Notes under the pieces: model-generated | Told to the model about the DNA's origin: nothing | The model's input: the letters and a program-made list of their open reading frames with translations, nothing else | Databases searched by the model: none | Shown here: positions 26,001 to 35,700 of the stretch, in pieces | Layout of the letters: every line of letters starts with the position of its first letter | Numbering within the stretch: position 1 is the stretch's first letter | Program-made: the position numbers and the translations under genes | From: Syntrophobacteraceae bacterium | Lineage (GTDB): Bacteria > Desulfobacterota > Syntrophobacteria > Syntrophobacterales > Syntrophobacteraceae | DNA length: 64,000 nt | Direction of reading: 5' to 3' | Assembly (NCBI GenBank): GCA_031292195.1 | Contig: JARLHP010000198.1 | Coordinates: 432 to 64,431 of the forward strand

Positions 26001-28190
26001 CAGGGCTTGGCGGTCTTCCGCCAGGCCATGTCCATTCGAATTCTTCCTCGGGAAGGCAGGAGAGGATATTCCAAAAGCGACTATGAGCCCCTTTCTCATT
26101 ATTACCGGGAAAGAATTTTCCAGGTCCACGGCATGAATGAATATGCCCGGCTGGGCGCCCGGGAAATCGTCAAAGCCCTGGAACTGGTGCTCTCGTATTT
26201 CACCTTGAGCAAAGCCGAATTTATCCGGCGTTATTTTCCCGGAAGAAAGGAAATGCTGGAGAGGGCGACCAGCCAGGAGTCCTACCGTAAAATGGTGGAA
26301 GACCTGGCCAACCCGGCGCAAAGTCAGATCGTATCGGGAGATGAAATCACCAACACCCTCATTCTGGCCGGCCCCGGGGCCGGCAAGACAAAGGTCGTCA
26401 TTCACCGCTGCGCCTACCTCATTCGCGTGCAAAGGGCCAATCCGGAAAGCATCCTGATCGTCTGCTTCAATCATTCGGCGGCCATGGAGCTGCGGCGAAA
26501 ACTCGTCCGGCTCATCGGAGAAGATGCGGCGGGCGTAACCGTCCAGACCTACCACGGGATCGCCATGCGCCTCACCGGAACCTCTTTTTCCGATCTCATG
26601 GAAAAAGGAACGGAGCAGCAAGCCCTGTTCGATCAGGTGATTGCGGACGGTGTCAGGCTGCTCCAGGGGGATGCGGATCTTCCGGGCTGGGAGCCGGACG
26701 CTGTCCGCGACAGGCTCCTAGGCAGGTTCCGCCACATTCTGGTCGATGAGTACCAGGATATCGACCAGAAACAGTACGACCTGGTGTCCGCCCTGGCCGG
26801 TCGAACCGAAAGGGACCCGGATACCAGGCTGACCATCTGCGCGGTGGGAGACGACGACCAGAATATTTACGCCTTTCGGGGCTCCAATGTCCGGTTTATC
26901 CTCAAATTTCAGGAAGACTATGAGGCCCGGATTCACTACCTGACGGAAAACTACAGGTCCACCCGAAACATCATCGATGCGGCCAACGCCCTTATCGCCC
27001 GGAATAAAGACCGCATGAAAACCGGTCATCCCATCAGGATAAACACGTCTCGAATCATCCTGCCGCCCGGAGGAAAGTGGGAGGAATTGGACCCGGTGTC
27101 CCGAGGCAGGGTCCGGATCATCGATGTGCCCAACGCTGCCGGCCAGGCGGCCGCCCTCCTGTCCGAACTCCACCGGATGGCCGCTCTTCAAAGCGATTTC
27201 CAATGGTCCGAGGTGGCCGTCCTCTCCAAAACCAGGGAGAGCCTCCACGAGGTCAGGGCATTTTGTGAACGCGGCGCCATTCCCGTAACCTGGACACTGG
27301 GCGGGAACCATCCCAATCTTTCCAGGATAAGAGAAATCGCCTCATTTCTGGGCGAGTGCAAATCCCGCCGCTCCGATTTTCTAAGAGCGAGCGACCTGGA
27401 AATGCTCCTGGAAAACATCACGGGTGAGCCGCGGGAAAACCCCTGGTGGAAGCTGCCGCGCTCGATTCTCACCTCCTGGAGGGAAGAAACCGGCGACGCC
27501 CGACTCCCCGTTTCCACGGCCATCGACCGTATCTACGAAGAACTGGCCGAGGTGCGGCGCGACCAGCGCATCGGAAACGGGCTATTTTTGAGCACCATTC
27601 ACGGAGTAAAGGGGCTGGAGTTTCCCCATGTTTTCATTCTCGACGGAAACTGGAAAAACCGCCCGTCGCCGCAAGCTTTGGAAGAGGAGCGAAGGCTCTT
27701 GTATGTCGCCATGACGCGGGCCCGGGAGACGCTTTCCCTCTTTGCCCGCGCGGATTGTATCAATCCCCACCTCTCAGCTCTTTCGGCAGACTTCGCCCTA
27801 AGAATAAAGGCAGCTTCCTCCCCGCCCCCCGATCTATCGGGCGCCCGCTACGAAACGTTAAGCATGAAGGATTTCATCCTGGGTTTTGCCGGCCGTTTCC
27901 CGGAAAATCACCCTATCCACCGCCAACAAAAAAAGCTCGGCCCCGGCGCCCCTCTTTCCATCCAAGCCAGGGGAGACCAGCTCTTCCTCTGCGACTCCGA
28001 ATCACATCCCGTTGCCAAACTCTCGCTAAAAGCCAGGGATTCATGGGCTGGACGCGTCGACAAGATCAGGTCGATCAGCCTGCTGGCAATGGTTCAGCGC
28101 ACTAAAGACGACGAGCGGCAGGATTTCCGAAAGTCCTGCCGGACCGATTCCTGGGAAATACCGTGGGCGGAAGTGGTCCTTGGGCCATGA
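23004..28190 (+). CDS. 1728-aa fusion: DnaQ-like DEDD 3'-5' exonuclease + RecQ-family SF2 helicase + UvrD/PcrA-family SF1 helicase + ~125-aa C-terminal tail
   Basis: Exonuclease motifs: VVLDLEAG, LLGHNLLGHDLPIL. RecQ motifs: FPTGGGKSICYQLPA, VFDEAHCLSKWGHDFRPDY, CFTATA, ATNAFGMGVDKSDVRLVLH, QEAGRAGRD. UvrD motifs: ILAGPGAGKTKVV, ILVDEYQDIDQKQYDL, VGDDDQNIYAFRG, YLTENYRSTRNIIDAAN, LSTIHGVKGLEFPHVFIL, LLYVAMTRARETL. Single uninterrupted ORF. Confidence 0.9.
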   Translation: MELDHFISKCVVLDLEAGSNRIFKIGAILGDTVFEKEKFDIGPALKELDRFAAPADFLLGHNLLGHDLPILRKANPALNIFDKPVIDTLFLSPLAFPENPYHRLVKDYKLVKDALSDPVADSRIALSLFCDQWEKFSKMAADGYSDILSFYRYCFLSAVKDGQPDFSGISAFLQISGAHDLGSQEARAVFTRHVSEQVCRTALRELFADAPDPGEKTPALSYVLAWLRVAGANSVLPPWVRKRFPAISTIAGKLRDVPCGHADCSWCRVTHDSSEQLKRFFAFSSFRDKPAGPTGQSLQKAVVDGGMAGRPLLAIFPTGGGKSICYQLPALVRHYRRGALTIVISPLQALMKDQVDNLASRTGTPYAAALNGLLTPPQRRDVLERTALGDVALLYVAPEQFRNDSFRKAIAQREIGAWVFDEAHCLSKWGHDFRPDYLYAGRFIREYSAEQTTPMAPVSCFTATAKQEVIEEIIEYFRRETGQELELFQGGLERENLHFEVRTCTRSEKLETIHLVLAEHLPESLSGGAIVYVATRRNADLTAQFLKSRGWPAAAFHAGLDPSVKNLVQEQFLAGDLQVIAATNAFGMGVDKSDVRLVLHADIPGSLESYIQEAGRAGRDLRDSKCVLLYDEQDIETQFKLGARSELSRKDIAQILRSIRRARKEGSEDVVLTAGEILRQEDLDTSFDAGDSTAETKVKTAIAWLERARFLERNENHTRVFQGRVLVQNLEEAEKRIAGLNLSATQKTRWLAILREIMNAPRDRGMSADSLAELSEFEKGAAGLNGPGKETPSQRVIRTLHDMAVAGLIEKGLVLSAYVRYKVKSHSHQVLENSCRIENEMLKIMREEIPDAADLGWLDLSLGKINSRIKNQAPECSVDSLRSILMSISMDGKGFGGGKAGLQYRHIYGDFYKVKLNLDWDSLLAMARKRQKIARAILDGIFSQIPSDTPPGADLLVSFSSEELAKTFQANLFLANEDVLTAIDRGLLFLHEQRAIILKQGLAVFRQAMSIRILPREGRRGYSKSDYEPLSHYYRERIFQVHGMNEYARLGAREIVKALELVLSYFTLSKAEFIRRYFPGRKEMLERATSQESYRKMVEDLANPAQSQIVSGDEITNTLILAGPGAGKTKVVIHRCAYLIRVQRANPESILIVCFNHSAAMELRRKLVRLIGEDAAGVTVQTYHGIAMRLTGTSFSDLMEKGTEQQALFDQVIADGVRLLQGDADLPGWEPDAVRDRLLGRFRHILVDEYQDIDQKQYDLVSALAGRTERDPDTRLTICAVGDDDQNIYAFRGSNVRFILKFQEDYEARIHYLTENYRSTRNIIDAANALIARNKDRMKTGHPIRINTSRIILPPGGKWEELDPVSRGRVRIIDVPNAAGQAAALLSELHRMAALQSDFQWSEVAVLSKTRESLHEVRAFCERGAIPVTWTLGGNHPNLSRIREIASFLGECKSRRSDFLRASDLEMLLENITGEPRENPWWKLPRSILTSWREETGDARLPVSTAIDRIYEELAEVRRDQRIGNGLFLSTIHGVKGLEFPHVFILDGNWKNRPSPQALEEERRLLYVAMTRARETLSLFARADCINPHLSALSADFALRIKAASSPPPDLSGARYETLSMKDFILGFAGRFPENHPIHRQQKKLGPGAPLSIQARGDQLFLCDSESHPVAKLSLKARDSWAGRVDKIRSISLLAMVQRTKDDERQDFRKSCRTDSWEIPWAEVVLGP

Positions 28191-28194
28191 ACCT

Positions 28195-28395
28195 CTCGCA
28201 AATCGCATAACCGCTCTGTGTCTCATCCCAATAGCCTGAGTCACCAGGTTGCATGAGGGTAGTGGGCAAGGGTGTGTCCATCCCAATAAGAATATCGTTT
28301 TCCATGGCGGCCCGGGCGGTGATGATGCGGTCGAAGGGATCGAAGAGATCAGCACATATGTCCGCTCACTCAGCTTTTCCGCTCCATAAGCATAG
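28195..28395 (-). pseudogene. vapC: Degraded vapC (PIN) copy with internal deletions (junction copy A)
   Basis: Nucleotide similarity to the intact vapC at 39684-40061. It retains YAYGAEKLSER (N-terminus) and DPFDRIIT..AAMENDIL-like 3' sequence, but the middle is missing and the frames are broken. Confidence 0.6.
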
Positions 28396-28470
28396 GTACT
28401 AAACGGTCCTGACACATTTCAACTTTATCGCATTATAGCATGAATGCATGAATTTCGCGTGTTGCACCCT

Positions 28471-28522
28471 TCGCTGCGCTGCCTGATGGATACAACGTGA
28501 TCGAAACCACCGGAAATGCCCC
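28471..28522. repeat. 52-nt conserved box, copy 1 (right border of junction copy A)
   Basis: tcgctgcgctgcctgatggatacaacgtgatcgaaaccaccggaaatgcccc versus 40779-40830 tcgatgcgcggcctgctggatacaacgtgatcgagaccaccggagatgcccc. Flanks on the far side are unrelated. Confidence 0.5.
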
Positions 28523-29470
28523 AGTCTGCCGTTCGCACACTGCCATCCCCCGGGGACTACTACGTGATCCGGGGCCATGTGAGAGGGGTCGGGCTTTGGT
28601 GTGGATCAGCAGGCATACCAGTTTGCCAACGGCCCGTTTGGGAGGGCGTGGGGTGTGCTCCACACTTGTGAAATTATCAAATTCCACCCGATGTCGCCTG
28701 AAGTGTTCACTGACTGCACCCTTCATTTTTACAATTTCCAATAAGCTTTAAGTTTCCAGGCAATAGGTGATCTATCAGATGATGGCGCAAGCTTTGCAAT
28801 TACGCAGCCCTCCTGGAGGCTGTTTCGGAAACTCGCCGCTTTTCCCTGTGCGAACTTCCCGTGGGCCTGAGGCAGCCATCAGGCCGTGGCACCGACATTA
28901 GAGAGCTGCGCGCGCCTGAGTTCCTGGAAGGAGGCGGTTTTCAGCGAGGGATAGGAGGGTTTACAATTCGGTCAGGAGCAAACTTCAAAGTGCTAAACGT
29001 GGACGAACGGCCCGCATCGGAACGTTGGACCCTTACAAGAAAACTGTTCCTGTTGCTGCTGGCGATATTTCCGCGGGCATCCGCTATCATTGTCACTCTA
29101 ATTGTTGAGCAACGTGCGTACGCCATCCTGGAGGCACCGGACAGGGCGAAACTCCTCGTGGACAGCTTTACGATCCGCGCACAAACCCGAAGAGATCGAC
29201 GTCTCAGATGCGGTCGGAGAGTCGGCGGTTACACAGACAGGCCGCTGTGCCGCACAATAGAAAAGCTGTGAATCAGTGAGCAACTCTATTGAAATGCTCC
29301 CCGGGGGAGTCCGGGGATTCCGGTGCGTGAAAGGCGTGACCTCATTTCTCACTAAAGTTTTGAGGCAGCCAATCCGACATAAGATTTGGAGTGTTGTTTC
29401 AAGAACGGCGGCTCATTTGCGCGATGTCGGGGAGCTCTCTCTCTCTTGCACAGTTGATAAGGTTCGATCT

Positions 29471-32400
29471 ATGAAATGGTTTCCTCAGCTTGGCTTGCGC
29501 CATCGATCCGTAATGATTGTACTGTTGGCCGGTATTCCCACTTTGACGCTGTTGCTCTATTCAGGCATGGAACTGCGTCGTCATGCCGTTCTCCATGCCA
29601 GGCAAGTTGCACTTCACTATGCAAGAGATCTTGCCAGAACCCATGAACGGATTGTCAACAACACCCATCAGGTTCTTTCAACCCTCTCGCAGTTACCCCC
29701 GATCCAGGGTCTTGATCCGGTTATGTGCAACAAGGTTTTCAAGGCTCTTCTGAAAGAATCTCATGTCTATACGGCATTGTTGGCCAGCAGGCCGGATGGA
29801 ACTGTTTATTCCAGTGCCCCGGCGATTACTGGACCGTTAAATGTTGCTCATGAGGGGTGGTTCCGGCATGGCGTCGAGACCAGGCATTTTGCCATGGGTC
29901 GCTATGAGATTGGCAAAATCTCCGGAAAAGCTGCAATGGTTCTAGCCCAGCCGGTTTTTGACGATACGGGAGAACTGAAAGCAGTAGTCGCCGCAGGAAT
30001 AGATCTCGACTGGCTAAGACAAACTCTGGCCAGGACACAGCTTCCCCAAGGCACGACTTTCAGCGTCACCGATTCGACCGGCGCCGTGCTCGCCCGCTTC
30101 CCCAACAACGAAAAGTACGCAGGAAAATCGATAGACGAGCTGCCTATATTCAGGCGCATGTCAAACCTGCGGGAAGGGATTGCCGAGGGAAAGGGAATCG
30201 ACGGGGTTCAGAGAATCTATGGTTTTGTTCCTTTGATTCATGCCCCGCGGCTAGTCCAGGTGAGAGTCGGAATTCCGATGACAGTGGCCTTCGCGAAGGC
30301 TAATCGAAGTCTTATTTTCAGCATTGTCCTATTTGTCATTATCATTATGCTAACACTTGCTCTGGCCTGGATTGGGGCGGGGCATTTCGTAGTGCGGCCC
30401 ATTGTTAATCTCAGCAAATTTGCCGCCTGTGTTTCAGATCGAAATCTTAGTATCCGTTGTGGTCCGGCTTATACGAGTGGTGAATTGGGAGTTCTGGAGC
30501 GCGCTTTCGATCTTATGGCCGAATCGCTTGAGCATCGCGAAGCTGAGCGCAAAAGAGCTGATGATCTATCCCAAATAAAGGGCAGGGCTCTGAGCTTGCT
30601 CAGCCGGTGCAATAAAGTCGTTGTTCGTGCTGTTAATGAGCCGGAGCTTTTGCATGTTGTTTGCCGGCAGATAATTGAAGTCGGAGGGTATCGTTTTGCG
30701 TGGGTCGGTTTTGCCGAAGATGATGAAGATAAGACCATCCGTCCGGTGGCGCATTGCGGATACGAGGATGGATATCTTGAAACAATCAAGGTCAATTGGG
30801 CTGAGGCTGAATCGGAAACAAACCGTAGCGCGGGAGCAATTGCCATTAGAACGGGGGAACCGGTGGTGAGTCAGAATATTTTATCCGACCCCAAATTTAC
30901 CGCATGGCGCGAAGAAGCCGCCAAACGCGGTTATGCCTCTTCCATTGCTCTTCCAATGCGTGATGATCAAGGGCGCTCGTTCGGTGTATTGAGAATTTAC
31001 GCAGGGGAACCTGATGCTTTCGGTTCCGAAGAAATAAATCTTCTCGAAGAACTTGCGGAAGATTTGGCCTACGGAATACGTACTTTGCGCATGCGGGATC
31101 AGCGTAATAGAGCCGAGAAGGCTCTGCTGGAACAAGAACATTACTACCGGTCTCTTATATTCAATATGCATGACGATATCATGGTAGTTGATAAGTCATT
31201 CGTAATTAAAGACATTAACAAGGATATAATGGGCACAACGGGTTTACGGCGAGAGGATATGATCGGTCGCCATTGTTTCGACGTTGCCCATGGAGCCGAT
31301 GAGCCTTGTAGTAAAAGAGGAGACGCCTGTCAGCTTCAAGAGGTATTTAAAACGGGTATACCCCAAATCTGTCGCCATGAGCACAACACGCAGGATGGAT
31401 CGAAAGTATGGGTTGATATTCTTTTTTCAGCTTTGAAAGATGATAGCGGTGAAATTACTCATGTCATTGAAGCGTCACGCGATGTAACCAAGGAAGTGGA
31501 ATTGCGCCAACAATTTCGTCAGGCACAGAAAATGGAAGCTATTGGTACATTGGCTGGAGGCATAGCACATGACTTCAACAACATCATTGGCATAATTCAA
31601 GGCTATTCGGAACTTTTGACGCTCGATATGCCTGAAGATTCGGACGGGAATTTATATGTCCAAAACATTTTGACGGCTGGACTTCGTGCAAAAGAACTCG
31701 TGAAACAAATACTTGCCTTTAGCCGGAAGGGCGAGCAGGAAAGGCTGCCTCTTCGGCTGAGCGTAATGATACAGGAGTCGCTTAAGCTTCTACGGGCAGC
31801 ATTGCCGTCTACAATTGAGATTCGCCAGGATTTGTCTACCGCGCGTAGGGTCGACATCTTGGCCGATGCAACCCAAATTCACCAGGTGCTCATGAACCTT
31901 TGTACGAACGCCGCCCACGCCATGGGCGAGAACGGAGGCGTCCTTACCGTCAGTTTATCGGAAGCGGAGTTTTCGGCCGTCGATTTAAACCACATTCCGG
32001 ATACGAGTCCCGGGCGCTACGTCTGCCTTGAGGTCGGGGACACCGGCCATGGTATGGATCGGGCCACCATTGAGAGGATATTTGAACCCTACTTTACCAC
32101 CAAGGGCCTGGGAGAAGGAACCGGGCTCGGGTTGGCCGTGGTGCACGGCATCGTGAAAAGCCATGACGGGGCAATAACGGTCGAAAGCGAACCCGGAAAA
32201 GGCACTTCATTTCGGGTATTCTTTCCGGTCGTCGAGAGCATTGGCGCCCCCGGCACTAAATCCGACTCGGAATATACTCAGATCCCCAGAGGGAAAGAGC
32301 ATATCCTCCTGGTCGATGATGAGGCGAGATTGGCTAACGCTGTGCAGCTAATGCTCGAGCGGCTTGGCTACAGGGTCTCACTGTGTAGGGACGGTATGCA

Positions 32401-32653
32401 CGCCCTCGATGTTTTCAGCTCACACCCGGAGAGCTACGATTTGGTCATCACCGACCAGACGATGCCTCACATGACGGGTTTCCAACTTGCCCGCAAGCTA
32501 ATCGAAATTCGACCGCGGATACCGATCCTGCTTTGTACCGGGTTTTGCGATTCCAGCACACAGGAACGCGCAAAAGCCTTGGGCATCCGCAATGTCCTGA
32601 TGAAGCCACTGTCGATACAGCAAATGGCGGAGACCATTCGCCGCGCCTTATAA
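29471..32653 (+). CDS. Hybrid sensor histidine kinase (periplasmic Cache-like domain, HAMP, GAF, PAS, HisKA, HATPase_c, REC)
   Basis: TM-bounded periplasmic domain. GAF (FAWVGFAEDDEDKTIRPVAHCGY...IALPM...FGVLRIYAGEP), H-box (GGIAHDFNNIIGII), G-boxes (DTGHGM, GTGLGLAVVHGIV), REC (ILLVDDE...VITDQTMPHMTG). Start at ATG 29471 (MKWFPQ...), not the track start 29276. Confidence 0.9.
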   Translation: MKWFPQLGLRHRSVMIVLLAGIPTLTLLLYSGMELRRHAVLHARQVALHYARDLARTHERIVNNTHQVLSTLSQLPPIQGLDPVMCNKVFKALLKESHVYTALLASRPDGTVYSSAPAITGPLNVAHEGWFRHGVETRHFAMGRYEIGKISGKAAMVLAQPVFDDTGELKAVVAAGIDLDWLRQTLARTQLPQGTTFSVTDSTGAVLARFPNNEKYAGKSIDELPIFRRMSNLREGIAEGKGIDGVQRIYGFVPLIHAPRLVQVRVGIPMTVAFAKANRSLIFSIVLFVIIIMLTLALAWIGAGHFVVRPIVNLSKFAACVSDRNLSIRCGPAYTSGELGVLERAFDLMAESLEHREAERKRADDLSQIKGRALSLLSRCNKVVVRAVNEPELLHVVCRQIIEVGGYRFAWVGFAEDDEDKTIRPVAHCGYEDGYLETIKVNWAEAESETNRSAGAIAIRTGEPVVSQNILSDPKFTAWREEAAKRGYASSIALPMRDDQGRSFGVLRIYAGEPDAFGSEEINLLEELAEDLAYGIRTLRMRDQRNRAEKALLEQEHYYRSLIFNMHDDIMVVDKSFVIKDINKDIMGTTGLRREDMIGRHCFDVAHGADEPCSKRGDACQLQEVFKTGIPQICRHEHNTQDGSKVWVDILFSALKDDSGEITHVIEASRDVTKEVELRQQFRQAQKMEAIGTLAGGIAHDFNNIIGIIQGYSELLTLDMPEDSDGNLYVQNILTAGLRAKELVKQILAFSRKGEQERLPLRLSVMIQESLKLLRAALPSTIEIRQDLSTARRVDILADATQIHQVLMNLCTNAAHAMGENGGVLTVSLSEAEFSAVDLNHIPDTSPGRYVCLEVGDTGHGMDRATIERIFEPYFTTKGLGEGTGLGLAVVHGIVKSHDGAITVESEPGKGTSFRVFFPVVESIGAPGTKSDSEYTQIPRGKEHILLVDDEARLANAVQLMLERLGYRVSLCRDGMHALDVFSSHPESYDLVITDQTMPHMTGFQLARKLIEIRPRIPILLCTGFCDSSTQERAKALGIRNVLMKPLSIQQMAETIRRAL

Positions 32654-32748
32654 GAACACAGGAGCCTGACGAATAAGCGATTGGATATCAAAGACACCCT
32701 CGTCGGAGCAGTCGCTAACATCATAGACCGGAAACAAGTCGAGAGACA

Positions 32749-35700
32749 ATGGTAGATAAAAACGAATTCGTGAAGAATATTTTGGACTCCCTTCCGCATC
32801 CCTTCTATATCATTGACGCTAATGACTACACGCTTAAAATGGCCAACTCCGCCGCTGCTCCGGATGGCCTGCCCCCGAATGTGACCTGTTTCCAGCTGAC
32901 ACACGGGACGGATAAACCCTGCGAAGCTCCCCGGCATTGCTGCCCATTGGAAACGATTAAACGAACCGGGAAGTCTGTGACTATCGAACATGTCCATTAT
33001 GATATGGAAGGAAACGCCAGGCAATTCGAGATCCACGCTCATCCGGTATTTGACAGCAACGGAAACGTCGTTCAGATCGTTGAATGCATGTTGGATATCA
33101 CCGAGCGCAGGAAAGCGGAGGAAGAGCTGGATTTATATGCTGAAATTACCAGGAATATTGCTGAAGGCGTAGTCCTTGCCAGGGTTAGTGACACTGAGAT
33201 TGTTTACGCCAACCACAAATTTGAAGAGATGTTCGGCTATGACCCGGGCGAGCTGATTGGGAAACCTATTTCCGTAGTCAATGCCCCCGGCGACAAATCT
33301 CCGGAAGAGCTGGCAAAGATGATTCAGAAACCCCTGAAGGAAAAGGGTACGTGGCAGGGTGAGGTTCATAATATCAAGAAGGACGGAACGCCTTTCTGGT
33401 GCAATGTCACAGTCTCTACGTTTGATCACTATAAGTACGGGGAGGTCTGGGTTTGGGTTCCTAGAGACATCACTGAGCGCAGGCAGACCGAGGATGCGCT
33501 GCGCAAGAGTGAGACCATGTACCGAACGCTCGTCGAGAACATCCCTCAAAAGGTCTTTATGAAGGATACGGACTCCCGCTATGTATCCATCAACGAGCAT
33601 TTTGCCAGGGACCTCGGCATTCGAGACGCAGAAGTTTTTGGTAAAACAGACTACGATTTTTTCCCCCGGGAGCTTGCCGACAAATACCGGAGGGACGATA
33701 AGCGAATCATAAAGACGGGTGTGACTGAGGATCTCGAGGAACACTACATGATGGAAGACCAGGGAATGTGGGTCCAGACTATCAAAGCTCCCGTCAAAGA
33801 CGTTAATGGCAAGGTCGTCGGTGTTTTCGGAATTTTCTGGGATATCACCGATCGCAAGAGGGCTGAAAATGCGCTGCGCGAAAGCGAGGAGCGTTTCTCC
33901 AGATTCTTCCGGGCTTCTCCGGTCGGCATCACTATCAGCAGATTGTGCGATGGTCAATGTATCGAGGCAAATGATGCTTTTCTCCGCTTATTCGGGTACG
34001 AACGAGAGGAAGTCATCGGCGGAAATCTGTTTGAATTGAAAAAGTGCATTGATCCTAAAGAACGGGAAACATTGACACAAAGACTTACGGAGCAGGGAAG
34101 GGTCGAGGCTTTTGAAACCCGCCTCCGCTTGAAATCCGGCGAGATTATGTACGCTATCACCTCGGCGGAAATCATCGAACTGGCGGGACGGCAATGTATT
34201 CTAAGCCTCACTTATGATATCACCGCCCGCAAGCGAGCGGAGCAGGCTCTTGTTCTGGAGCGAAACAAGTTTCGTCGCTTTCTCGACTCTTTGCCCTTCG
34301 GGGTCTACATAGTTAATGATCAGTACAATATCGAGTACGTCAACTCCGTACTATCGAGCGATTTTGGTCCTATAGAAGGACGCAAATGCCATGACTATTT
34401 TCATGGTCTTCTCGAACCTTGTGATTGGTGTAAGAACAGCGAAGTTTTCGACGGTAAAACGGTGCAATGGGAGTGGTTCTCGGAGAAGACGGGCAAGACC
34501 TTCCACCTCATCGACAGCCCTGTCTATTCCGTGGATGATCGAATTTCCAAGATCGAGGTATTTTTCGACATCACCGAGCGCAAGCGGGCGGAAGCTGAAA
34601 AGATCGAGATGGAACAGCGCATTCAAAAGCTGCAAAAGGCGGAAAGCCTCGGTCGCATGGCCGGCTCTATCGCCCATCATTTTAACAACAAGCTGGGCAC
34701 GGTGTTGGGAAACCTTGAACTGGCTCTCTATGATCTGCCTGAAGAATCAGAAGTTCGCGCGACTATAGTTGAATCCATGAAAGCCGCGCGTCAAGCGGCT
34801 GATATCAGTCAACGGATGCTGATGTATCTCGGGCAGGCAACCGGGCGCTATGAGCCCGTCGACCTTGTGGATACAATCCGTGAATCCCTCCAACTCTCCA
34901 GCCTGTCCGTTCCCCGGCATGTGCGTTTAAAGACCGATTATCCGCTGATGAGACCGATTATCCAGGGGAATAATGCCCAGATAAAGCAGATCCTTGCCAA
35001 CCTGGTTTCAAACGCGGTGGAGGCCATAGGCCAAAATGATGGTGATATCACTGTGGCAATACAAGTGACGCAGAGCGAGAAGATCAAAAGATTGCGTTTT
35101 TTCCCCGTTGATTGGGAGCCGAAGGCGGAACAATATGTCTGCCTTTCGGTATCCGATACAGGCTGTGGCATGGATTTGACTACCATCGAGAAAGTCTTTG
35201 ACCCGTTCTTTTCGACCAAATTTCCGGGGCGCGGTCTGGGCTTGTCCATTCTCCTGGGGTTGGTGCGCACGCATGCTGGAGGAACAACAGTCGTGAGCGA
35301 GCCTGACCGAGGCGCCACTTTCAGGGTCTTCTTCCCCTTGTGCGCCCTTGAAGCAGTTCCGCCCGTAAAGGAAGAACCTCTTGCCTCCGGACCGGCACAG
35401 AAAGGAGGATTGGTGCTACTGGTAGATGATGATCCCGGGATCCGCAAAATGGCCGAATCCATTCTTGAGAAAATGGGTTATGGGGTACTTGGGGCTTCCA
35501 GCGGGGCCCAAGCCTTGAAATTCTTCGCGGAAGACCCTTACCGGGTCCGATTAGTGATCACCGATCTCACCATGCCGGGAATGGACGGGTGGCAGATCCT
35601 GACGGCCCTGCGAAAAATCCGGCCGAACATTCCGGTGGTTCTTGCCAGCGGATACGACGAGGCGCACGCCATGAGCAGAGACTATGCACACCAGCCCGAT

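Noticed and set aside
28471-28522. The 52-nt box (and its twin at 40779-40830) as the end of an IS element or group II intron
   Set aside because: There is no transposase or reverse-transcriptase ORF next to either copy. There is no GUGYG-type intron 5' end or recognisable domain V/VI, and no inverted partner. It is kept only as a repeat border or possible att-like sequence.
28861-29271. 136-aa ORF upstream of kinase 1
   Set aside because: Most of it looks non-coding (Arg/Gly-rich). Only a short segment (RKLFLLLLAIFPRASAIIVTLIVEQRAYAILEA) resembles a kinase N-terminal TM region. It may be a relic, but it is not supportable as a gene.
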